DNA of 63,677 bases, the filler included, from Kipferlia bialata (taxonomy: Eukaryota), in NCBI GenBank assembly GCA_003568945.1. It is 4 parts of 4 records of this genome, joined end to end, with 100 filler letters (N's around TTAATTAATTAA, not from the genome) between each part and the next. Parts side by side here need not be neighbours in the genome. Positions count along the whole stretch, not along the records: positions 1 to 19,107 come from BDIP01000445.1; positions 19,208 to 38,219 come from BDIP01000446.1; 2 more parts are not named here. The stretch is one strand, 5' to 3'. Below the pieces are notes generated by a model, which was not told the origin of the DNA, made no database searches, and was given only the letters and a program-made list of their open reading frames with translations. Shown piece after piece: positions 15,701-30,695 of this stretch. The position numbers and the translations under genes are program-made. How positions within the stretch are numbered: the stretch's first letter is position 1; each line of letters begins with the position of its first letter.

Positions 15701-16609
15701 AGGAACACATCACACTGCACCATAGATAGATATATCATAATATCACAGTACCTTGCTCTAAGAGTGTGAAACTGGCCCTGGTTGGCACCAGTCTCTCTCT
15801 CTCCCCCTCTCTATCCTCCTCTCTCTCCCCCTCTCTCTCCATGTGTGATGCCTGGACAGCCAGGGGTAGACAGGGTATGGGGCCACTCCCATTATCTAGG
15901 TCACTGCCACTCGAGCCTAGGGTGAGGAGAATACTACAAAACACACATATATACACTATATATTCATTTCACTGACAAGAAAAGAACAACAGCAGTACCT
16001 GCCTCACTCAATGTGATACGACACCATATATGGATACATATAGGCATCACTCTATATATACACTCCATATAGACTCTATAACATATACCATACCTATCTC
16101 ACTGTCGGTGTCGTCCCCACCCACATACACACCAGGGCGGGCAGGGCCTAGACATGAGGAGAGATGTCATATACCAACGTATGGATACATGTGGTTATAT
16201 ATACATATATACATATAGAGAGGGCTGACAGTGAGGGACTCATATTTGACTACTAGCCATAGGAATGATAGAGAGAGATATAGGGAGTGTATGACACATA
16301 ACGACCTAATATAGGTTATTCCCAAAGACTAACGGATACAAAGGACACCGAATAGGGGAGAGAGAGAGTAGTGGTTATGCGACAGGTTGGGAGGGGGTGG
16401 GGGGTCATGCCAGCAACACGAGGACTCGGCATATTACGTACTAGTACTAGGCATGGGGGATTTAGCACACAGTGACACTACCCCCCCTATTGAACAACAG
16501 TGACTGACACTCTGTATATATATACATATGTATATAGTATATGCATACATACCCTCAGTCCCATACCTTGGTCCATGCCACCTCGTGGCTCAGAGCCTTG
16601 AGGTTCCAT
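174..16609 (-). CDS. Large multi-exon hypothetical protein (acidic/low-complexity N-terminus, helical TPR-like segments), 3'-partial
   Basis: Likely start ATG at 16609 (MEPQGSEPRGGMDQ, then GTATGG donor). Dozens of GC-richer exons bounded by GT/AG, e.g. GNDSSSDIDDFEDESNSEE (15270-15567), YMATGNRRRALSTIEELVK (~7303-7362), VRRIEALYIYAEALLRGPSLSRDEIVGTLKRLERDVLDR joined to HGTSRAKWLQKTKLLAAQYYKLTHRYGTALSLIESAQRE (1412-1529), and VRVLFEQSTIACHADLVGLALSALEHS (174-257). It runs off the left end. Phase is unresolved near 13.6-13.95 kb, so this could be more than one gene. Confidence 0.6.
1500..1953 (-). repeat. Tandem array of acceptor + 5' half-exon copies (at least 5 units, ~100 nt period)
   Basis: AG-RCATGGCACNTCNAGGGCCAAGTGGCTN occurs at ~1501, 1601, 1731, 1832 and 1923. 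An N gap at 1658-1706 may hide more units. Confidence 0.9.
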
Positions 16610-17134
16610 ATGTCAGACTTTCTCTCTCACTCTCTCTCTCTTCCTCCCTCTCTCCTAGAGAGTCTCGCTCACTCCTCCCTCCCTCTGCTTTTCCTTCCTT
16701 TCTGCTCAATCACACTATCTGTAATGTCCCAATAGTGTCCCAGGTTGTGTATCTCAGTGGACTAGATTAGTGGATGCGGCTGGTATGCAACGCACTATTG
16801 CCCTGAGTGTTGAAGCAGCCACAGTGGGTCATCTGGGTTTGAAAACATGGTCACTTAAACCCTTTTCCAGTTTCTATTTCTGGCAACTCCAGCCTCGGCA
16901 ATGACGCAAGACTCCTACTTTCACAACATTGCAATGTTAACAGAAGTTCTAGCTAAAGTACAAGACACAACAGTTCCACATACTGCTCCACACTGACAAC
17001 ATTAAACATTTATGGCAGCTCAGGCTTCAGTAACATGCGAGTGGCAACATAGAATAGACCACACTGGTACCAGCAAGGAGCACACGTCAAGGAGCTCCTT
17101 CTCAGAAGGAGTGGACAGCACTGGACTTACTGCC

Positions 17135-19107
<1,973 letters not shown>

Positions 19108-19207
19108 NNNNNNNNNNNNNNNNNNNNNNNNNNNNNNNNNNNNNNNNNNNNTTAATTAATTAANNNNNNNNNNNNNNNNNNNNNNNNNNNNNNNNNNNNN
19201 NNNNNNN
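19108..19207. other. Artificial scaffold spacer (N run with TTAATTAATTAA six-frame stop linker)
   Basis: A 100-nt N block containing TTAATTAATTAA at 19152-19163. Identical blocks occur at 38220 and 57300. Confidence 0.97.
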
Positions 19208-20274
19208 CCAAGACCTCTCTGCTCAACTGTGTCTTTGTCGAGTGCGCCCTTAACAACGTCACTTCCACCACTGGTGCCACCATGGTGAACGTGGCCTTCA
19301 GAGACTGCAACCAGACGGGTATGGTGCTCAAGGGCTGCAGGATCAGTGGGGAGAACAGATGTCTACCCCTTGAGGACAAGACCAACCGACACTTCAGTGC
19401 AGAGGACCTAGAGGGTGTGGATGTGGGTGGGTGGGACATGACTGGATGTACAGTGACAGGGTGTGACCTCACTGCTGTAAGAGGTATGACTGTGGGGCAT
19501 ATTGGCTCCCTCTCTGCCCTCACCCAGTGCACACTGAGGGGTATGGACCTGACAGGCCTAGACCTGAGAGACACTGATGCCGCGTGGTCTGACTTCTCTG
19601 GAGCAGACCTCGCTAGGTGTGATGTCACAGGGGCGACACTGACCGGGTGTGACCTAAGTGGGGCCAACCTGACTGGGGTTAGGGGTCTGACTGAGAGACA
19701 GCTAGAGGGAGTTAAGAGTGTGAGGGGCGTCACTGTCAGTGGCGTCGACATGAGGGGCTGGGACCTAAAGGGTCTTGACCTCAGGGACGCTGACCTGAGT
19801 GGGTGTCAAATGGGAGATGCTACAGTGGAGAAGAGTGGGGTGGAGGGGGCTGCTCTGCCTAAGGGAGACCAGGCACCTATAGTGGAGATGGATCCGCGGG
19901 TGAGGTTTGAGTTCAGTGATGGAGAGACAGAGGATACTGTGGGACGTGGCATATTGGAGGAAAATGACAATAGGCTGCGTGTTACCCTCATTGTACCACC
20001 ATCACTCCACTCTCAGGTGTGGACTCTTGAAGGTAGTGGAGACCTATCTCTCAGGGTACCATCTGAAACTGACCGAGACTTCCATCTTTTGGAGCCATAT
20101 GATGACGATACCAGTGTGACCTGCGTCCGCGCTGGTAATGCCGTATTTTTGCACGGCCAGAGAGGCCGGTATGCGCACCAATGTATCCAGGGTGAAGAAG
20201 CCAGGGTTGTGTTGGCAGTGGACGTGTGCGATGACGAGGAGGAGGCACAGCCCCTCAGAATCCTACAGGAGTAG
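19208..20274 (+). CDS. Intronless pentapeptide-repeat protein, 5'-partial
   Basis: The frame is open from the scaffold start through ATG 19282 to TAG 20274. It has repeated A(D/N)LxG/xDLxG pentapeptides (SDFSGADLARCDVTGATLTGCDLSGANLTGV, WDLKGLDLRDADLSGC) followed by about 130 aa of unknown C-terminal domain. No introns or microsatellites. Confidence 0.88.
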
Positions 20275-20972
20275 GCACTTGCCACTCATCAGCAATCGCA
20301 CTCCTCTGAGTACCATACATTCCATTTCCTCGATGTAGTTGTCTCACATATGTTATCACAGTCCACTGGACTGAGCCCAGTATCGTATGTCGTTCTGCTG
20401 CGGATTGTGTAAGCATTCCCATTGGAGTAAATGCATCAGAGCTAGCAGATCACTAGTCACTATCCGGAGTTTTGGGTACTCGTGAGAGAGTCCCATATGA
20501 GGAACACTACTTGAGGAAGTCGATCGGAGAATCAGATACTCATGTAAGTCACTTCGACTGGGCACAAAGACACCACACACCCTACACAACTAATGAGTAC
20601 CACACATAGGCGGAATTCATATGTGGGAATTGACATTTTGGAATATATATACCTATATGGTGAAGTATAGGGATATACTGCGGGTAGTTCTAGAGTTTAG
20701 AATCTAAGCCTTAGATTCACTACTCCCTCTCAAATATGACTATCATTTGTGGCAGTATCTATTCAGAGAACTCCTTATGATACTAATACTGAAACTGGAC
20801 ACACTATCCCCTCAGGCACGAGGATAGCGAGTGTCATTAATGAAAATCGAAATAAGAAATAGTTGCCTTTCCTCCTCGTCACGACCTACTACGGAGAGAG
20901 AGACTGCCAATTGTAGCGAAACAGAGTCTAGCTCCCAGGCCCAGGGTCTATCACCATATAGACTCTTAACAT

Positions 20973-23900
20973 CTAACGTAGGCTCTGCAGGAATATGGTA
21001 TGTGCAGCCTTTTGGTGCCTCAGCTTGAAGTGGGCGAACCTGTCAGCCAGGGGTCTAGCACTAGGGTGCACAAACACCTGAGTGTGAGCCCGACACTGTT
21101 CACTGTACACCCATAAATCAGTACCTTCAAACACTTATATATTCCCTTATTGTCCATACCCCCACCCACCTGCATTGCCAACAGCTTGCTGCACCCCTTG
21201 AACTGGTCCATATCGCCTGTCTCGTCCGCCTTGCCCAGGTTCATCATGTGCAGCTTGAACAGCTTCCAGCGCTGCTTGGGGAGAACCTGGTGTGAGATGA
21301 TACAGGGAGGTATATATACACAGTCACAATAAATGTATGGAGACTGTATATTCTATCCCCATACTCATATGTATACACATGTCTCAGGCAATGGGAACAC
21401 CAATCGAAATCTACTCCGAAGCCGTGGGGGACTGGAATAACTCACCCTTCTGATCTCCTCGAAGAGCTCTGCCTCCGTCTCGTAACTGGATGGGTTTCTG
21501 TTCCTAAACATCAGTGACATACACTTCAACCATAGGATACGACAGAGTACATCAGCCATCCCACCATGCAAGGAATAGGGATTGCTATACAGAGGTAACC
21601 ATGTTACATAATGCAGGGTAACGATGATATTATATGCAGGGTATACTTATACCTACTGGGTCTATCTGACAGACCAGGTGCGGCATTGAGCACACCCCCT
21701 AGCAGCAGATCCATAGGGCCCTGGGGCTTGGTGCCACTGCGTGTGGACGATGCCCTACCACCCTGGGGTCTTCTCTTGGGGTTGCTGTCCATGCCCCCTC
21801 TTCCACTGGTCATACCGGACATGCCTAGGCCAGGGCCCTGCCGCCTGGAGGGTCAGCATCAATATATATATATATAAGCGTCAAATATACATGAATATCT
21901 AATGGCATGGCCAACATATCACACTCTGCCTGAAAATGTGTTAGGGTACACATGCTGTGTATACTGTACCTGGTGGCACCAACCCCTGTAAAGGCAGTTG
22001 AGGAGTGTACTCCCCCTGACTGCTCTGCAAAGAACCTGGTCAGCTGCATGCCCAGGGACTGTAGGGTGAGAGGGGGGTGACCCTAGCAATAGGAGACACA
22101 CTAACTATACAAAATATTAATTAATACACTACACTACTATCTCAAAATAGAGAACCTAGTCAGCTGCATGCCAAGGGACTGCAGTGTGAGAAAGGGTACA
22201 AGTAGCAATAGGAAACCTACTACCAATACATATACACATTTATAATAGGCAGGGTGAGAGGAGATATAGGTACAACTACAGCAAGAGCAGACACACGCTG
22301 TCTATTCCTATATCATAACAACTATGTCAAAGAACTGTGAGTGTATATATATACCAACACACATACCGCAGGTTCCACGGGTCTGACTGTCTCTCTGATC
22401 CACTGGGCTATGTTGGGCATGGTGCCGCCAAACCTAGGGGTAAGACGAGACTCATACTCTCACTGACACAATCACTCTGGACTATACACCCAGCTGTGTT
22501 CCAACACAGCTGAATAGAGTATCTATACCTCTCGTCTGCCAGTATGCAGCACCCGTAGTCGTCCTTGTGTCTGATGACTCGGCCAAGGGCCTGGTTCACA
22601 GCCCTGAGAGGTAAGAATGAGTGAGGGTTATAGATAGAATAGAGTATCACGTATAAGTATTGTTAACATGAGTACCACACACACCTGTATGCCTCGAGCG
22701 TGTACCACTCCGCCCCACTCAGTGACCTGACTCCCTTCCTCTTGTCTGCCAGGTGCCGGTTGTCAAGGTATCTGGGGGGAGAGGAGACACTATTATAGGC
22801 TATATATGTACAGAAGACATATGTCCCGACATTATACAGTGGTGTGGGATACTATCCACACATAGACCCTACCTCCTAGAGGCTGACACGATAGGTGCCC
22901 TTGCATTGGGGAAGGGCACCCCTAGGATGACAACACCACGGCAGGCCTCGTCTCTGGATGGTTAGGGCACTTACCAAGGATACAATATACAGTATAGAAC
23001 CATACTGTATACTATCTCATGTGCACCTGAAATCCACTCCCTCACTGGAACTGGCCCTACACACAGACATGAGCATGGCACCATCCTAAGGAGTGAGGGA
23101 GAGAGAGAGATATGTGGAGAGAGAGAGAGAGAATAGTTGACATGAGCTTGGCACCGTCCTGGAGAGTTAGGGATGTGTGTATGGACTAATGTAAAAAAGT
23201 AGAGAGAGAGGGGGAGAGAGAACTCACTGGGCAGATATCAGCATGGCACCGTCCCTGAGCGTGAGGCGAGAGAGAGAAGTCTTACACGAGGCATGAACAT
23301 ACCCACATGGTATGAGTGAGAGAGATACCCTACCTTAGCGTGTGCCATGTAGTCTGGCAGGGCTGTGTTCTCCTCCTTGCCAGACCGGGTGTCAATGTAC
23401 ACCTGGGGGTGGGGGTGAGGCCATATACATATACACATAACAAACAACAAACCCTCTTGGTATATATGTGTACATATGTATATATATCATACAATCATTA
23501 ACCCACCTTCTTGACCCTCTTGATCTGGTCCATGGCCCCGTTGGTCTCAAGGCTGTCGCAGATGGACCTGGGGGTCAGTGTATGTGTTTGTACATGAAAA
23601 GTATCAGTATCTCAGAATATACACAGGCATAGGAGAGTATCATCCCAAATGTATCTCATTACTATCACTGATGTTCCATGCGTACCTGAGCACACCGAAA
23701 GATGACACACACATATATATATAATACATATATAATAAACAGATAGAGCAGCGATCCATACCTGAGCAGGCCGAAGGATGGGAAGAACACAAGGACACCC
23801 TCGGGCACGGCCTGGGGGTCAGGTATACACGCGTATATGTACATATCTTCAACCTAATTCATGCGAACTAGTACACGAGTACATTGTACCAGTTATAGGC

Positions 23901-24442
23901 GAACAGGTACAGATAGGTACAGTACTGTAGTATCATAGAGGACGTACCTATGCCACCGTTGTAAGTAGTGACATCTACCCACTGATATACATTCCACACG
24001 AATACATATAGTTGAGTATCACACACCCACCTGTACCACCGTTGTGAGCAGTTGTTGTACGTGTATATTCATTCCACACTTCTTACATACCCTATATATA
24101 CATACTCTATACATGCCCACCTGTGCCACCGTGGTCAGCAGTGCCCCGACAGCCCTGAGGTAGTTGGGGTCGGACCGGCTCTTGAAGGAGGAGTTGAGGG
24201 GGGTGCTAAGGTTAGATAAGGAACAGATGGTATAGATAGTAAAGATAGTATAGAGTGAGGGGGGTGGTGGGGATAATAAGGAGGTTGACGTCAATATCGG
24301 TGATGAAAAAGCTAACCACAGCAGTTGCATCTGAGTCATCAGTCATGCTTAATGTATACCAAGTACACTTCACCCACCCGTTGATCTGGGGCATCATGCA
24401 TCATATCACTGAACACACTACAGTCTAATAATAATAATAATA

Positions 24443-24477
<35 letters not shown>

Positions 24478-26704
24478 TAATGACCCACCCGTTGATCTGG
24501 GGCATCCTGCATGCAAACAGCTGCTCCTTCTTGATGACGTGGGGGTTGGACAGCATCTGGAGATAAGAGAATAGGCCCACAGGTAGAGAGTCTGCACATA
24601 CAATGTCATAGACCAATGTACCAGTGGGTACTTGCACCCGAACTCTGCACACACCACTATGTATATATACTCTATACTAATACTCTCTCATACACTCTAT
24701 ACCCATGTCACTATGCATATACACTATCATACCCTCTATTATGATGTAAGTATACATGTGTATCAGCATATACCTGCGGGAACTTGCACCCGAACTCTGC
24801 CGCTGACAGTTCGATGGGGGCCAGGGTACCAGACGTGATGGCAACAGTGCCAGGGGTCTAAGGGTAAGAGAGAGAGAGAGAGAGAGAGATAGAGCGAGGG
24901 AGGTGATAGTCACGGTGCCAGGGGTCTAAGGATAAGTGCAAAAGTATACAAGCAATATGTGAATATATATCTGGAGACATACATGCAATGTACCTTCTCC
25001 AGCAGCCTAGTGAACCCTCTCTTTGGTTCGTAGCACCACAGCTTGAGGATGTCATCGTTGGAGTCGGCAGACCGGCGCATGGACGTGGACTAGGGTGAGA
25101 TACACTGATAGAGGGAGAGAGTGAGAGAGATACCTGCGCATGGATGTGGACTAGAGTCAGAGGAGAGAGAGATCTACGATTTGATACACACAAATATCAT
25201 TTCCACAATCACCAAGGAATTAATAGCACATTGTAAATTGTGTATATAGTAGTTGTGTATACAGTACCCACCTGCTGCCTCTCCACCATGACGCCCATGT
25301 CGTCCCACCCCCCGGTGACAGCAAGCATGCCCCTGGGGTGAGGATAGGGGTAGGGTATAAGTGGAGAGACACACATATGCATACCGCTATATATGAGATA
25401 CCAGTGTCGGCAAGCATACCCCTAAGGTAAGTGATATATACAGAGAGATAGAAAGGGAGAATATCCAGACACGTTAGTTATACTGCACCGCGACAGCAAG
25501 CATGCCCCTGGGGTATGAGACAATGTACATGTATAGAGACATGCATATACATTCTACATAGTATACTGCAACAGTGACAGCAACCATACCCTAAGGTACA
25601 TATTCATATATATCTCTGTCACTTGAGATATCCGATACATACAGCTGAGTACCCTGGATACCCCTAAGAGAAGTGATACATACATCACTAGAGATATCTG
25701 ACATATACAACTGAATGACTAGAAAATGAAATAAAATACCTGAAGAAGTCTGCGACCGAGTCACATGCACACTGGCCACTCTTCTTGGTCTAGGAGGTGA
25801 GGGGTGTACATAGAGACACATATATAGAGGGTCAGACTGTGATATATACACATAGATTACACCTAGGTATAATAGATTACATCCATGCACATACCTTTAT
25901 GATATCCTGTGCTGCCTTGTCCAGATACTGGGATACATATACATACAAACTACATTGTATGTATACAAATGTATATATATATACATTACATATCTACCTT
26001 TATGATATCCTGTGCTGCCTTGTCCAGATACATGGGATACATATACATACAATACAATACAATATATATATATATACTACATATACATACCTTTATGACA
26101 TCCTGTGCTGCCTTGTCCAGATAGCCCACCCCTAGCATGAAGGACTGGGCGGGGATCTGGGGTGAGTACATATACTCACATGCATAGATATACATACCAA
26201 CATACACATGCACATATATGTGTACATACACTACACTATCACATCCATCATGAAGGACTGGGCGGGGATCTGGGGTGAGTATATGCAACATACACATGTA
26301 TATCATGTGCAGTGACAATCATATACCAGCAGTACTGTATATATGCACGATTCTATCACGAAAGATTCTCCAGTCTCTACACATGACCATACCTGCCCCA
26401 CATACTGTGTGTGGAAGTCTGGCCCTGGCATGGGTATGTCCTTGCCAACTAGGGGCTCAATCACAACAAGGAGGGCCTGGGTTAAACAAGAAGCTATATC
26501 TGAGTACGCTACGATGTATATATTCACATGAAGAGAGAGGGAGGCTCGGTGACCACAAGGAGGCCTGGGGGTGGGTGTGTATACATATAGACATATTCAT
26601 ATATGAAGAGAGAGAGAGAGAGAGATAGACAGACTATATTAATACGATGTCCATACCTGCACCATCTTCCTGACCATGTCCACATTATGTCTCTGTCTCT
26701 CTTC

Positions 26705-26735
<31 letters not shown>

Positions 26736-28411
26736 GGTATATATATATATATTAACCACATACATACACTATATACCTGCACCATCTTCCGGACCATGTC
26801 CACCTGGTCCACAGTCAGGGGCTCCTCCTCGGGCAGGGTGTCAGCTGACGCGTTGAGGGCAGACTGGGGTCAGGACACGATGTAGTGTAGTTAGTATAAA
26901 TACATATACATTTACACACATGTATATACATGCTAATAAGAGATACACATCTATGCAGACCCATACCTTCCCCTGTCCCACCTTCTCGGGGAACAGGGCA
27001 GCCCGGTGCTGCTCCTTGACCTGGGGTGAGATTATATGTACAGAGAGAGAGAGAGAGAGAGGTAGAGAGAGAGAAAGTGACGGTGCTGCTCCTTGACCTG
27101 GGGGTTAGTCAAAGGCACATGTCAATGCATATATACTGACAAATAATTGATGGGGCATATAGAGGCCAGATATACACAGAAGTGTCTAACCTCGTTTGCC
27201 TCGTTCTGTGCATCGATGCCCTCCGATAGCTCATGGAGCTCAACCACACACTGGGGTCAGAGGAACGGAGAAATACAGATAATATAATGCAGCTACACAC
27301 TGATACTGATCAACCACACACTGGGGTGAGGGGGATACATGCACTGATAGAGATAGCCATGGATATGCACGACACAGCAAATACACTTCACGCGTATGCA
27401 CTGAACACCCGTGTCATAGCCACTATATATACATATGAATATAACTGTGAATACAAATACATATACACTATACATATCGTACCATATGGAGCTGTCCCAT
27501 GTGCACCTCCACAGTCATGGCATCCTTGCACACGCCTAGGGGGTCAGAGTGAGAAAGAGAACACGTAGAGCGTCTTGAGTGAATGTGTCTATACATATAT
27601 ACCTGCTATGTTGTGCCCCTCATCCACTAGCACTATATACACATACAGTATAATAACAGTATATATACCCACACATAACCGTTATACCTGCTATGTTGTG
27701 CCCCTCATCCACCAGCACTATACACAGATACACTACATATACATATATATAGGTATATACATATATATATGCACCTGCTATGTTGTGCCCCTCATCCACT
27801 AGGACTATGGACCTGTGCAGGGTGTCATCAGCGTCAAGGCGGATCTGGGAGTGAGTGATATACGGCAGTCCCAGTATCATATATACAATGCATATGCAAT
27901 ATATAATGTATATGTGCAGGGTGTCATCGGCATCAAGGCGGATCTGGGGGTAAGGGAGAGAATAGTGGTATGTATGTCTGTCTATGATTCATACTTGAAT
28001 AAATGCATAACTCTGGGTGTCACTCTGAACCTAAGGACATATATATCAATAGTAGAGAGTGTACCTGGGGACTCATCAAGTAGTTGAAGGGATCCACCAG
28101 CATACAAAGTGCCTGTGTATATAGTGTATTCCGCATAGTATACATATATACATGTAGACATACCTGGGGACTCATCAGGTAGTTGAAGGGGGCCAGCACA
28201 AAGGGTATATAGTACTATATATTCATGTTATATATATATGTATATGTATATATAATATGTACCTGAGGATATATATATATATATATGTATATGTATAATA
28301 TGTACCTGTGGGCTCATCAGGTAGTTGAAGGGTGCCAGTACAAAGGAGGGCCTGGTCTGAAGGACAGCCCTGGCCAGGTAGTAGGGGCAGACCTGATGTT
28401 AGATGAAGTAT

Positions 28412-28442
<31 letters not shown>

Positions 28443-30510
28443 GGCCCTGGCCAGGTAGTAGGCACAGAGAATTAGATAAGAACATCAAACACTCTTATAT
28501 ACCTTCTGGTCGTTGGCATACTTGACAAACTCTGCCTGTGTGTGTGTGCCCTGGCCCTTCCTGACCCGGGTGGAGATGTACTTGCTGTACTGGGCAGCTA
28601 TCTAGGGTGAGAGAGACAGAGACATATAGATACCTATAAATATAGAGAGAGTAATATATGGGACGAGATACTTGCTGTACTGGGCAGCTATCTAGAGTCA
28701 GATGTGATACGTATACGTATAAGTATAGAGATACAGAGATACTGAGGGAGACATACCCCGTCATAGTTTGTGCCCATTCGGTTGTAGGGGCATCTGTTCT
28801 CTTCGCAGACCTGGGGTTAGAGTATGAGGCACACACACACACACACATGTATATATATATGAATTCACATAGGCTCTGATCCGAGATGTATTCTTACCTG
28901 TCTGCATGCCACCCTCCAGGAGAGACCGGCCCTGTTCTGGTGGTCAGAGGGAGATAGGATAGTATCTATTGAATACAAGGAGTAATCCTGTGAACATCTA
29001 ACGTATATATATCGGACACATTCTCCGTCTCTCTGAAAATTGTTGTAGTATACAACACTATACCTTTGTCCTGCACCCCTGTGACAGACACACATACTCT
29101 CTCTCTCTCACTCTACATTCTCCATCTCTCTCTATAGATGAATAGATATATATACATACACCCTACCTTGGTTCTGCACCCCTGTGACAGACACACGTGC
29201 TTCCTGGAGGCCAGGATGACAACGGGGTTGGTCACCATCTGGGGGTGAGGAAGAGAGACAGAGGAAGAGAGAGAGAGAGAGAGGGAGAGAGAGAGAGAGA
29301 GGCCAGGATGACAACGGGGTTGGTCACCATCTGGGAAGTGAGACGGAGAGAGAGAGACAGAGTATATTCTCACTTGCGGTCTTTATGAGCTACACTATCG
29401 ATGTCCGTACCTGCTGCTTTGAGAGCTCAGACACATAGCTATCACACATAGTACATATATATATATATTAACGACTATCTATGATATATGATACCTGCTG
29501 CTTTGACAGTTCTTGCAGTGTCACCGCCACGTTCTCAAGCTGCTTGTGGGTCCTGGATGTCAGTATACGCATACACAGAGGATATCCATAGTATACGACC
29601 TGGTAGTTTGACACCAATAGCAGACTCAGTACCATAAAGCGACACTCAACATAAACCACCAATACACCCAAGTAAGATACCGACATAGACTACTTATAGG
29701 AACAGTATGCCGCAGAATGAAAGAGAATATGCCCACCTGGACAGATACCACACCACGGGTGGGTGCATCTCATAGTATATAAGAAATGTATATATATATG
29801 TAGTAGTACATAAACTATATAGAGTCATACCTCGACAGATACCACACCACGGGTGGGTGCATCTCGTGCGTGGTGGCATTCTGGCCTTCCAGCTAGAGGG
29901 TGAGAGACATACATATATATATATTAGTATAGAGAGAGACAGAGAGAGAGAGTATCATATAGTGACATTCTGGCCATACAGCTAGAGGGTAAGAGAGAGG
30001 GGGTAACATGACAGTGAGAGAGCCTTGGGGCCTCATACCGTTCCACACAATGACACCGTTGATTGTCCCCACCTGCCTGTTGGCACTGTCGTACCGCATG
30101 ACAGCCCCTCTGATGCCCTGCTGCACAGCTGGGGTGAGGGGGTATAGAGGACTGTAGCATGGTATACATATATATAGATATAGATACATATATATCTAAC
30201 TGTGAGGATCTCTCTGATGCGCGGCTGGGGTGAGGTCTCTCTCTCTCTCTCCAGTTACTATAGATGCAAATACGTGGCATACGATTAGTACACATCTCCC
30301 CACCCGTCATGAGCCTCCTGCCCGACATCATGAACTTGGCAAAGAGTACAGTGATACGTAGTACAGTGTATAACAGCACGTAGTAACGTGTACACACGAT
30401 TCACACTTCAATATACTCATGTCTGTCCTAACCTGTCATGAGCCTCTTGTCGGACATCATGAACTTGACCAGGGCCTGCTTGGCACCACCCTCCTGACAA
30501 TAAGGGGCTA

Positions 30511-30548
<38 letters not shown>

Positions 30549-30659
30549 ACCCATACCCTCATGAGTGATGCAAAGTGCTTCTGCCTGGTGACTGTCTTGA
30601 GATGCTCCACACCCCGCAGGTAGGTCAGGGCCTAGGGTGGGAAGGATTATTAATTCATT

Positions 30660-30695
<36 letters not shown>

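Noticed and set aside
19152..19163. TTAATTAATTAA palindrome repeated three times in the window
   Set aside because: It is an artificial six-frame-stop linker inside N padding. Gene adjacency across these spacers has no biological meaning.
19152..19751. 199-aa minus-strand ORF opposite the pentapeptide gene
   Set aside because: It is an antisense shadow of a repetitive coding region and ends in the artificial linker.
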